This document shows positions 5,784-16,400 of a stretch of DNA of 64,000 bases, one piece after another. The stretch is taken from the IMG/VR virus record IMGVR_UViG_3300047557_003310, positions 1 through 64,000 of that record, one strand, 5' to 3'. Every line of letters starts with the position of its first letter. Positions within the stretch are counted from its first letter, which is position 1. Source of the stretch: a virus. The translations under genes and the position numbers were made by a program. The notes beneath the pieces were generated by a model. That model ran no database searches. It was not told the DNA's origin and was given only the letters and a program-made list of their open reading frames with translations.

Positions 5784-5914
5784 TGGGCCATGCGGGTAAA
5801 AAAGAATGGGACCCCATAAGCTATAAAGCTATCCACTCGCCTCATAAGTATCAAATACATAAAAAAATCAAAAAAACCCCATTCCAAATAAAATCCGCCG
5901 CCCATAAGAATCTT

Positions 5915-6127
5915 ATGAATAGTTCGAATCTGAAATTAAATCGAAAAACCATTAGACCCCAAAAAATCGCCGCCAGAAAAAATTCCCCAAAACCCCCCAC
6001 GCCATATTGGAATTTCTGGAAGGTTGTATTTGCTGGATGGTTAATTAGGTATCCAAAAACTTTTATGAAATTAATTGGATTACCGATTGGGTTTATTTTA
6101 GTGATGATATATAATGCGTCCAGATAA
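5915..6127 (+). CDS. Small membrane protein, cyanophage hypothetical
   Basis: PYWNFWKVVFAGWLIRYPK plus hydrophobic C-terminus; start uncertain. Confidence 0.6.
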   Translation: MNSSNLKLNRKTIRPQKIAARKNSPKPPTPYWNFWKVVFAGWLIRYPKTFMKLIGLPIGFILVMIYNASR

Positions 6128-6137
6128 AAAAATAAGG

Positions 6138-6323
6138 ATGAATAAATCATATCACATATATGTAAAAAGTGAATGCATATATCATTCCCTATCAGAAGAA
6201 GAATTCAATAGATTATGGGACTTCGTGCAAAAGCTGTCATGGCTTACTGATATCAATATGAATGATATACAGTATGAAGAAGTGACAACAAACAAAGAAT
6301 TAGTATTAAATTCATCACATTGA
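6138..6323 (+). CDS. Hypothetical protein
   Basis: ORF 6114..6323; MNKSYHIYVKSECIYHSLSEEEF start preferred. Confidence 0.65.
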   Translation: MNKSYHIYVKSECIYHSLSEEEFNRLWDFVQKLSWLTDINMNDIQYEEVTTNKELVLNSSH

Positions 6324-6348
6324 CAAATCATAAATAGAACGCTAAAAT
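6320..6348 (+). promoter_or_regulatory. Host-like sigma70 promoter with an embedded late-promoter-like CATAAATA
   Basis: TTGACA-17 bp-TAAAAT; CATAAATA at 6329-6336. Confidence 0.75.
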
Positions 6349-6371
6349 TGAATTGGAGTGTATTTTAATCC

Positions 6372-7142
6372 ATGGCAAAAGGTTTTACAGTAAAGGCAAA
6401 AGCGCCCATTCGTAACGAAGAACAAGAATGGGATTATGAAAAAATTAAAGAAAGAATGAAGGGCAAGAGCATTGTCTTTTGTCTACCAGGTAGAGGATGT
6501 TCATTTGCATTTCTAAAAGCATTTGTACAATTATGTTTTGATCTTGTACAAAATGGTATGAGTATTCAAATCTCACAAGACTATTCGAGTATGGTAAACT
6601 TTGCTCGTTGTAAGTGTCTTGGGGCAAATGTACTTCGTGGACCAAAGCAGATTCCCTGGGATGGAAAACTAAATTATGATTATCAACTTTGGATTGATAG
6701 TGATATTGTTTTCAATAGTGAGAAGTTTTGGCAACTTTGTGATCTTGCATTAAATGAAGAAGGTGAAGAAAAAGAAGTTGTTGCTGGTTGGTATGCAACC
6801 GAAGATGGTCGCACTACATCAGTTGCTCACTGGCTCGAAGAAGAAGAATTCCGTCAGAATGGTGGAGTCATGAATCATGAGACAGTAGAGAGCATCAGTA
6901 AGCGTCGTAAGCCATTTACAGTTGATTATACTGGATTTGGTTGGGTTCTGATTAAGAATGGTGTATTCGAAAATCTAGAGTATCCTTGGTTTGCACCTAA
7001 GATGCAAGTATTTGAATCTGGTGCTGTACAAGATATGTGTGGAGAAGATGTCTCATTCTGTCTCGATGCAAAAGAAGCAGGATTTGAGATTTGGTGTGAT
7101 CCTCGCATTCGCGTTGGTCACGAAAAGACTCGTGTGATCTGA
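6372..7142 (+). CDS. Glycosyltransferase-like (GT-A fold) protein
   Basis: LWIDSDIVF (DxD), TGFGWVLI, GEDVSFC and VGHEK motifs. Confidence 0.7.
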   Translation: MAKGFTVKAKAPIRNEEQEWDYEKIKERMKGKSIVFCLPGRGCSFAFLKAFVQLCFDLVQNGMSIQISQDYSSMVNFARCKCLGANVLRGPKQIPWDGKLNYDYQLWIDSDIVFNSEKFWQLCDLALNEEGEEKEVVAGWYATEDGRTTSVAHWLEEEEFRQNGGVMNHETVESISKRRKPFTVDYTGFGWVLIKNGVFENLEYPWFAPKMQVFESGAVQDMCGEDVSFCLDAKEAGFEIWCDPRIRVGHEKTRVI

Positions 7143-7148
7143 TGATTT

Positions 7149-7289
7149 ATGCTTAATATTTTGTATAAAGGAAGAAAAATTTATACAAACTTAACTGAAG
7201 AAGAGTCTACAGAGATTCTTCTTGAGTTAGCAGAAAAGTCTTACAATGGCGAAATTGATGCAAATGAAATTGAATTGGAGGAAATCTAA
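7149..7289 (+). CDS. Small acidic hypothetical protein (46 aa)
   Basis: MLNILYKGRKIYTNLTEEESTEILLELAE...EEI*; TAATG coupling to the next ORF. Confidence 0.65.
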   Translation: MLNILYKGRKIYTNLTEEESTEILLELAEKSYNGEIDANEIELEEI

Positions 7290-7432
7290 TGGCTAAAATC
7301 AAAAGTCTGAATGGATCAGATAAAATTGAATCCAAACCCAAGTCTACCCGTCAGGGTGATGGGAAACATACAAAATATTCTGCAACGAGCAGGAATAAGG
7401 CACGGAAACCATACCGAGGTCAAGGTAATTAA
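7289..7432 (+). CDS. Small basic hypothetical protein (47 aa)
   Basis: MAKIKSL...PKSTRQGDGKHTKYSATSRNKARKPYRGQGN*. Confidence 0.7.
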   Translation: MAKIKSLNGSDKIESKPKSTRQGDGKHTKYSATSRNKARKPYRGQGN

Positions 7433-7447
7433 ATAAAATATACACAT

Positions 7448-7470
7448 AAGAGCCATAAGGCTCTTTTTTT
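7448..7470 (+). terminator. Intrinsic terminator
   Basis: AAGAGCC-ATAA-GGCTCTT plus T run. Confidence 0.8.
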
Positions 7471-7923
7471 ATGTCTAAAAAAGAATATATTTTACAGTGG
7501 ATAGAGAGAATATCTGAGTTAAGACCTGAATTATCTGGGTTTTCTGTGTGTCCTTATGCTAAATTGGCCCTTTATGATGTAATTGAGGTAAATATAGAAA
7601 AAATTGAACCCGTCTTAGGTTATGATGCGATCATTTATGTTGTAGGAGATGATCTAAGTCCTTCTGAATTGGATAAATGGGTGGAATATTATGACAAAAA
7701 GTATGAAAATTGGACATTTTTCAAGGATTGTGCCGCATATTCCACTTTTATAGGTGAAATTCAGACAAATAATGGTAAGTATAACCTGATTTTAGCTCAA
7801 GAAAAGGAAAAATTAAGGAAGATTAGAGAAAAATTGAGTAAAACCGGTTATTATGACCATTGGAGCGAAGAATATTTGAAAGAAATTTTAAAAAACGATC
7901 TTGATCTTATAGATAATAAGTGA
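7471..7923 (+). CDS. Hypothetical protein (CPYA motif)
   Basis: 150-aa ORF on the coding strand. Confidence 0.7.
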   Translation: MSKKEYILQWIERISELRPELSGFSVCPYAKLALYDVIEVNIEKIEPVLGYDAIIYVVGDDLSPSELDKWVEYYDKKYENWTFFKDCAAYSTFIGEIQTNNGKYNLILAQEKEKLRKIREKLSKTGYYDHWSEEYLKEILKNDLDLIDNK

Positions 7924-7939
7924 AATATTACAAATTTTT

Positions 7940-8116
7940 ATGTCAGAAGATAAAAATTTAATTCGTGAAATCATAACAGATGATTATAAGCCCAAAAAGC
8001 ACAATTTTGATATGCAAAACGAGTTACATGAGAAGATAAGGAATGAAGATGACTATGATGATTGGGAATATGGTACAGAACCAGTCCCTTTAACCGAGTG
8101 GAAGACCAATAAATAG
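7940..8116 (+). CDS. Small acidic hypothetical protein (58 aa)
   Basis: MSEDKNLIREIITDD...DDYDDWEYGTEP...NK*. Confidence 0.65.
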   Translation: MSEDKNLIREIITDDYKPKKHNFDMQNELHEKIRNEDDYDDWEYGTEPVPLTEWKTNK

Positions 8117-8136
8117 GAAAAGAATCATCCAATGAG

Positions 8137-8538
8137 ATGCCACTAGAACGAGTAAGTAAGGGTTTTAAAGATATTAGCATGTCTTTTAAGGTAAATCCTT
8201 TTAATTATGATTTAATTGACATCAAAAATGAAACTGCAATTGCTCGTTCAATTCGAAATTTAGTATTAACTTCAAATGGTGAAAGATTTTTCAATCAAAA
8301 TCTTGGCTCAAGAGTAAATAAACTGTTATTCGAAAATATAGACTCAATAACTGGATCTATAATTGAAGATGAAATAAGAACTACGATTAGTAACTATGAG
8401 CCAAGGGTATCTTTAATCTCTGTCAATGCAACCCCAAATTATGATCAAAATGAATTTGAAGTAACAATAAAATATCAAATTATAGGAATTGATGTATTAC
8501 CGCAGCAATTAACATTTGCACTATTGCCAACAAGATAA
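8137..8538 (+). CDS. g25: Baseplate wedge subunit gp25
   Basis: IARSIRNLVLT..GERFF..LGS...YEPRV motif; directly upstream of g6; AATAAATA late-promoter-like box at 8108-8115. Confidence 0.9.
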   Translation: MPLERVSKGFKDISMSFKVNPFNYDLIDIKNETAIARSIRNLVLTSNGERFFNQNLGSRVNKLLFENIDSITGSIIEDEIRTTISNYEPRVSLISVNATPNYDQNEFEVTIKYQIIGIDVLPQQLTFALLPTR

Positions 8539-10464
8539 ATGTCGCTAGTAAATTTTACTAATTTAGATTTCGATCAAATAAAGACTTCAATTAGAGATTA
8601 TTTAAGGTCAAACTCTAATTTTAGTGATTATGATTTTGAGGGATCTAATTTATCTACAATTATTGATATTTTGGCATATAATACTTACATTACTTCATAT
8701 AATGCTAATATGATTAGTAATGAAGTTTTTATTGATTCCGCTACATTAAGAGAAAATGTGGTTTCGTTGGCAAAAAATATAGGATATTTACCGAAATCAA
8801 CAACTTCAGCAAGAGCTAGAATTAGTTTTTTTGTTAATACTATAAATGCATCTACACAATCGAACGCTTTAACATTAAAAAAAGGTGTAATTTGTACCTC
8901 TCCTAGTTCTACATCTTCTGGTTCCATTTCAAGCTATACTTTTTGTACCTTAGATGATATTACTGTACCAGTAATTGACAATATTGCACTATTTGAAGAT
9001 ATTGAAATTTATGAAGGTACATTTATTTCTACAAATTTTTTAGTAGATCCTTTAAATAAAAATCAAAAATTTATTTTAGATAATGCCAACATAGATACAT
9101 CAACAATTAAAGTTAGTGTTAAAGATACCCAACAAAGCTCAGTAAAAAGAAATTTTGCTTTTACTGACGATTTGGGTAGTGCAAAATCAACATCTAGAGT
9201 ATATTTTCTTCAAGAAATAGAAGACGAAAGATATGAAATACTTTTTGGTGATGGAATATTTGGAAGAAAATTAGAAGCTGGGAATTATATTGAAGTCTCA
9301 TATTTAATTTCCAATGGATCTAGTGCAAATAGAATTAGTAATTTTAGCTTTTTAGGTAGAATATTAGATGATAGTAATAGAATTATTCAAGGAGATTTTT
9401 CTTTAATCACTACAAATCAAATTTCAGATGGTGGTCAAGAAAAAGAATCAATAAGTTCAATTAAAAAATATGCCCCCAGAGTATATTCGGCTCAAAATAG
9501 AGCAGTAACAAATCTAGATTATGAATCAATTATAAGAAAAATTTACCCAGAAACTGATTCAGTAACTGCATATGGTGGAGAGGAGTTGGATCCACCACAG
9601 TATGGAAAAGTTTTCATTGCTATAAAGCCAAAATATGGAGAAACATTTTTATCAAATACCGTGAAAAATAATATTTTAAACGATCTAAAAAAATATAGTG
9701 TTGCTGGAATATTACCTCAAATTATAGATTTGAAATATCTTTATATTGAAACTGATTCAGATGTCTACTATGATAAAAATTTAACTCTAAATGTAAATGA
9801 CTTATCTACAACTATAAAACAAAATATTTCAAATTATTCCAAATCTAATGAATTAAATCAGTATGGTGCAAGATTTAAGTATAGTAAGTATCAAAAAATA
9901 ATCGATGATAGTAACGAGGCAATTACGTCTAATATTACAAGAATTTCAATTAGAAGAGATTTATTGATATCTATTAACCAACCAGCTACATATGAGATAT
10001 GTTTTGGTAATTCATTTTTTGTCAGAGATTGTGATGGATTTAATATTAGAAGTTCTGGCTTCAAAATAAATGACTTATCTGATACGGTTTATTTTACTGA
10101 CATCCCAAATCAAAGTGATAAATCAATTGGTGAATTAGTTTTATTTAAATTGACTGCTTCATCTGAACCAAAAATTTTAAGAAGAAATGTTGGCACAGTA
10201 AACTATGATAAAGGAGAAATTAACACATTTATATTAAACGTTGTATCAACTGATGCAACTTCTGGTGGAAATCCAATTATAGAATTGTCGGCAACACCAA
10301 AATCTAATGATGTAGTTGGACTACAAGATCTATATTTGCAACTAGATATTAATAGAGTATCAGTAAATATGGTGTCTGATGCAATCTCTTCTGGTGAATC
10401 AACATCTGGATCATCTTATACTTTTTCATCTAGCTATAAAGAAAACAACATCGTAAGAAAGTAA
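8539..10464 (+). CDS. g6: Baseplate wedge protein gp6
   Basis: LDFDQIK..., DYDFEGSNLS, FGDGIFG, QNRAVT..DY motifs. Confidence 0.92.
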   Translation: MSLVNFTNLDFDQIKTSIRDYLRSNSNFSDYDFEGSNLSTIIDILAYNTYITSYNANMISNEVFIDSATLRENVVSLAKNIGYLPKSTTSARARISFFVNTINASTQSNALTLKKGVICTSPSSTSSGSISSYTFCTLDDITVPVIDNIALFEDIEIYEGTFISTNFLVDPLNKNQKFILDNANIDTSTIKVSVKDTQQSSVKRNFAFTDDLGSAKSTSRVYFLQEIEDERYEILFGDGIFGRKLEAGNYIEVSYLISNGSSANRISNFSFLGRILDDSNRIIQGDFSLITTNQISDGGQEKESISSIKKYAPRVYSAQNRAVTNLDYESIIRKIYPETDSVTAYGGEELDPPQYGKVFIAIKPKYGETFLSNTVKNNILNDLKKYSVAGILPQIIDLKYLYIETDSDVYYDKNLTLNVNDLSTTIKQNISNYSKSNELNQYGARFKYSKYQKIIDDSNEAITSNITRISIRRDLLISINQPATYEICFGNSFFVRDCDGFNIRSSGFKINDLSDTVYFTDIPNQSDKSIGELVLFKLTASSEPKILRRNVGTVNYDKGEINTFILNVVSTDATSGGNPIIELSATPKSNDVVGLQDLYLQLDINRVSVNMVSDAISSGESTSGSSYTFSSSYKENNIVRK

Positions 10465-13400
10465 ATGATTAAGAAAAGAGTAAAAATATCATCTATTGTA
10501 GAAAATCAACTTCCTATTTTTGTTAGGGAAGAATTTCCACTGATTTCTGAATTTCTTAGTCAATATTATAAATCTTTAGATGGACAAGGATCAACTTATG
10601 ATATACTTCAAAATATAGATCAATATATTAAATTAGAAAATGTTACTAATTTAATAGAATCAACTCGTTTATCATCAGCTGTTGATTTATTTGATGCGAA
10701 TATAAATGTAGAATCTACTAGTGGATTCCCAGATAATAATGGGATAATTAGAATTGACGATGAAATTATTTTATATGAAAGTAAAACGGAATCACAATTT
10801 TTAAATTGTATTAGGGGATTCAGCGGAGTAACATCATATACTACCAGTAACAAACCAGAAGAGTTAACATTTTCCACATCTACAACTTCTAATCATTCAA
10901 ATGAATCAATTGTAGAAAATTTAAGTATTTTATTCTTAAAAGAATTTTTTGCCAAACTAAAAAAACAAATTATTCCTGGATTTGAAAATGTAAAATTTTA
11001 TTCTGATGGCGAATTAAAATTAAATGAAAACAATTTTATTATAAATTCAAAAAATTTCTATTCTACCAAAGGAACAGATACTTCATTTGAATTATTGTTT
11101 AAAGCACTATATGGCGACCCAGCAACAGTCATTAAACCTAGAGATTTTGTAATTAGACCATCAGACTCAAATTACAAAATAACAAAAAATTTAGTAGTAG
11201 AATCAATTGAAGGTGATGCAAATCAACTTTATAATAGGACTTTGTTCCAAAAACAATCTCAAGGATTGAAAGAAACTTTTGGGACTGTTACTAAAGTAGA
11301 GGAAATAATAAAAGATAATAATACTTATTATGTGTTAAGTTTAGACTTTGATTATGATAAAGACATTAGTGTTAGAGGATCAATATTTGGGGATTTTTCT
11401 ATTCACCCAAAAACTAAAGTCATAAGAAATACTAGAAGAAATTTACCTTCAATTGTAGTAGATTCGACCATAAATTTCCCTGAATCTGGCGAACTTATAG
11501 TAGAAACTGAATTTAGTACGAGTGTAGTTAAGTACAATTCAAAAAATATAAATCAATTCTTAGAATGTACGGGTGAAATAGACGATATAGATGTTGGCTC
11601 AAATGTATATCTAAATGTTTATGCATATTCTTTAGTAAATGATGCAGAAATAAAAGTCAGAATATTAGGTATTTTACAGGATATTGAAATTCCAAACAAT
11701 TCTAGATATTTTTCTAACGAACAATTTATAAAATTTAATACTTTAGGAAAATTACAAGATAATTTTAAATATAATGATTGGATAACAAATATTCCAGTCG
11801 AACATAAAGTTTCAAAATTTGAATACCTCGATAATTCAAAAATTAAAATTTATACAATAGATACAAACTTTGTTACTGTTTCTGATCAAATTTATATTGT
11901 ATTTTTTGATATTGATATTGATGATATCAATGAACAACCTTTTGAAGTTGAATCGGTTTCACAAGATAAAAAATCAATAATTGTAACAAATCCATATAGA
12001 ATTTCAAAAATATATTCAATAACAAAGTCAGTAAAAACGTATGTTAATAATTTTGGTGACGAAATTATTAGTGATGTACAAAATGTATACTCCGATAATT
12101 TAGATAATGTTTATGTGACCTCACAAGGGATTCCAGGATATGTAGATTATTCAATTGCAAAAAAGAATTTTTCAATAAATTTATTTGGCTTATTGAATTC
12201 AATAGAAGATGAAAAAATTGGAATAACAACTCAAATTAATAATTCCATTGTAGATATTGATATATCTGTAAATTCATCTCAAATACATGATTATAAAACT
12301 GGAGATTCCGTAGTTTACTTACAAAATCCAGTTACATATACTCTTGATGACGGCAGAACGATAGAGTTGAATGTATATAATCAACTTAATCACAATCAAA
12401 CTTACTATGTTGAAAGAATATCTGATAGTAAATTAAGACTATACAAAAGTAGATCCAACATATATTTTAATAGATATACTAATATTGAGTATAATAGGTT
12501 ATATTCACCAATAAACTTAAAGCAGGAATCATTTACTAATAATCAAAAAATTCAATTATTAAGTAATAATTATTTTTTACAAGATAACGACTTTGTATTA
12601 TTATTTGATGATGATAACAATATCGAAATTTGGTATTATACATACAGTCTAAATCAATGGGAACAGATAAAAGTAAATATTTCTGGCCAATTATTTAAGA
12701 GCGAGTATATAACTAATGAACAAAATAAAAAATTAAGTGGTTCAAATTTAATTAAAAAATTATCTGAGCCTAAAATTCCAGAAAAATTAGAAGAAACTAA
12801 TTTTGGTGCGACCGGAATATTAGCGAATGGTGTAGAAATATTAAATTACAAATCAAATGATTTCATTTATTATGGAGAGATTGAAAAAATAAATGTCATA
12901 TCACCAGGATCAGAATATGACGTGATCAATCTACCTTCACTTCAAATATCACCAGAAATTACTACTACGGATCCTTGTATTCCTTACCTGGAAGTAACCG
13001 GAGAATTGGTAAAAATTAATGTTTTAGATGGCGGATTTGACTTTTTAGATGAACCAAAAATAAAAATTTCTGGAGGAAATGGATCAGGAGCCGAAGTAAA
13101 AGCAAATTTAATTTCATTTAAACATGAGGTCAATTTAAATCCAACCGTAAAATTTGTAAATTTAGCAGAAAACACAATTTCATTCTCAACATATCATAAA
13201 TTTAGAGCCTATGAAGAAGTAATATATCAAACAAATAATCAGAAGGCTATAGGCGGTATATCTACTAATTCAGTATATTATGTTTCAGTTCAGGATGATC
13301 TAAAAATAAAGTTACACAATACTAAAGAAGATGCACTGGCTGGAATTGCAATTAGTTTAACTTCATATGGAGACGGATCACAAAAACTAATATCAAAAGA

Positions 13401-16400
13401 AGAAAAGAAAAAAATATCATCTGTTACGGTATTAAATTCAGGTAAAAATTATAAAAATAATACTGTTATAATAGCTTCATCTGGAATTAATACCTATGAT
13501 AGTACAATAACAGCGAATAATCATGGTTATGTTACTGGTGATATAGTTAAATATCAGTGCACCGAAACATATCCAGTAGGCTTAGGCGAAGAAAATTATT
13601 ATGTCACAAGAATAGATTACAATAATTTTAAATTATCTAATGTTGGTGTAGGAACTACAGCTAAAGATTTTTACTTTAAAACTAACCAATACGTAACTAT
13701 TTCTACATCTGGTATAGGAACACATACATTTAAACATGAACCAATAAGCTTAGAAGTATTAGGAAAAACTGGAATTTCTTCTTATTCCAGTAATTTATTT
13801 TTACCCAAATTAACTCCAGTTTTTAGAGGCTCAATCTCTAATGTTTACATTCAAAATGGTGGAATAGGGTATGGAAGTTCTGAAATATTAAACTATGAAA
13901 AACAACCATTTTTTACAATAAATTCTGGTAAAAATGCTCAATTTTTACCTAATGTTGTGGATGGAGTCATTAAAGATGTTTATGTCATAAATGGTGGAAG
14001 TGGCTACACTACCCCAGAATTAGTTATAACCGGCTCTGGTATTGGTTGCATCTTAAATCCAGTTGTGGATAATGGGGTGATTAAAAATGTAGTTGTAGTT
14101 AATGGAGGATCTGGATATCAAAAAAATAATACTTTAGTTGAGGCTATAACTTTTGGTAAGAATTCTTCATTTCAAGCGAAAATAAAATCTTGGAATGTTA
14201 ATTCTACGTTTAGAATAATTAATTCTAATAATTTGTTGTCTCCTGATGATGGAGTACTATCACCAGGGGAAAATAATAACTTAAAATATTCACATTTATA
14301 TTACCCAACCGAGCTTAGAAAAAAAGTATTTTCTAAATTTTTAGATGAAAATGGTAATCTTATATTCAGGTCTGATTATGAAAACAGTACTTCAAATATA
14401 AAATATCATTCTCCTATTGTAGGATGGGCTTATGATGGAAATCCAATATATGGACCATATGGATACTCAAATCCAATTAAGAAAAGTTCAATTAAAAAAA
14501 TAATATCTGGATATGAATTATTGCCATCTAGTAAAAGACCCCCACAAAAAAAAGGAGATAATATAATATTTCCAAATGGTTTTTTTGTAGATGATTATGT
14601 TTTTACTGGAAATGGAGATTTAGATGAAAATAATGGAAGGTATTGTGTAACACCAGAGTATCCGAATGGAACATATGCTTATTTCTGCACTGTATCTGAA
14701 AATGACGATTTTAAACCAGAATTTCCTTATATTATAGGAAAATATTTTAGATCCAAAAAAATAATAGAAAATTTCGACCCCAAGAGTAATCAAAATTCTT
14801 TTGATTACAACAATGTTCTTAGAAACACATATTTTTATTCATTAAAGGATTTAAATTCAAATTATAAATTTTTAAGCACTCCTAACCAAGATTTAAATCA
14901 AACCATAAAGATTAAATCTACATCATATGGAAAATTAAATTCAATCGGAATAATTACTGGTGGACAGAATTATTCCGTAGGAGATTATGTTAAATTTGAT
15001 AATTCATCCACTAATGGTTATGGGGCAAATGCTTCAGTAGACTATGTATTGGGTAAACCAGTAACCACATTACAAAATAATAAGTATACATTAAACAATA
15101 TAGAAATTTATTCGCAGTCAAATTATTATATTGGAATATCTACTGAAACTCATCAATTAAATGATTTGGATTTTGTCAATATTGTTGGCAAATTAAATCT
15201 TCCCGAATCTAAAAATATAAATGATTTTGTAAATGTTGGAGTAAGATCTCAATTTTTAACCCTAACAGAATCAGTTAATAGCACCAGTTCGACTGGAATT
15301 GTTACTATTTTTTCAGTTGAAGGCAATTTACAATTTCCCTTTTTACTAGAAAATGATTTTTATAAAATTGACGATGAAGTAATAAAAATACTTAAAATTG
15401 ATCAAAATGAGTCAAAAATAAAAGTTCTTAGGAATCCAACCGGATCCTCTCACACTGCAAAATCCAAATTAGTAGAACTAACTAGAAAATTCAACTTTAA
15501 TTTAAATAAACCATTCAATTCACAAACTTTAAATAGACAATATTATTTCAATCCAACCGAAAACGTTGGTTTTGGGACAACAACTGGATCAACAGTTTCA
15601 ATTAATTATACTGGAATTGGAACTACAAGCTTAAATATCCCTGCTGGTAGTTTTTATATTCCAAATAATGATTTAGATACTAATACGCCTTTAATTTATT
15701 CGCCAAATGGCGGTAATTCAATTAAAGTATCTAATGGTTCTAGTATATTTGATTTATCTAATTCAAAACAAATATATTCAATAAAATTATCTAATGATTT
15801 TATTGGTATATCTAGTAACAAGGTTTCAATTGGAACTGAAGGAAAGTATGTTGGAATTGGAACAACAACTACGTTTTTATACGTCACTGATTATGGTACA
15901 GGCAATTACCACAGTTTTAAAACTGATTATCCTAATGTAATTAAAGTTGATTTACAAAGAAATAATATTAGGGTTTCTACATCATCTACTCATGGATTAA
16001 GAGTGGGGGATTTGATATCAATTAATGTAAAATCTGGAATAACAACAACACTAAAACTAGAATATAATGAAGCAAACAGAAGATTAACCACAAATAAAAA
16101 ATATTTTTCCTCAATTAATACTGTTGATTCTACAATTGAAATAGTTGATCACAATTATTACAATGGACAACCAATAATTTATACTTCAAGTTCTCCATCA
16201 ATTGGGTTGGAAAATAATAGAATATATTATGTCATAGTTATAGACAAAGATAATTTAAATTTAGCTAGTAGCGAGTACAACTCTATCACATCAAATCAAA
16301 AAATTAATATTACATCGTCATCTTCTGGTTATCTATATGAAATAAATCCAAATATTAATATACTAAGAAATCAAAAAATTATATTTGATCTATCTGATAG

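Noticed and set aside
5774-5786. Possible seventh element copy (GTGGTAGGGTTGG)
   Set aside because: Only 10/13 bases match the left end. The other conserved blocks and the hairpin are missing, and it is explained as a -10 region.
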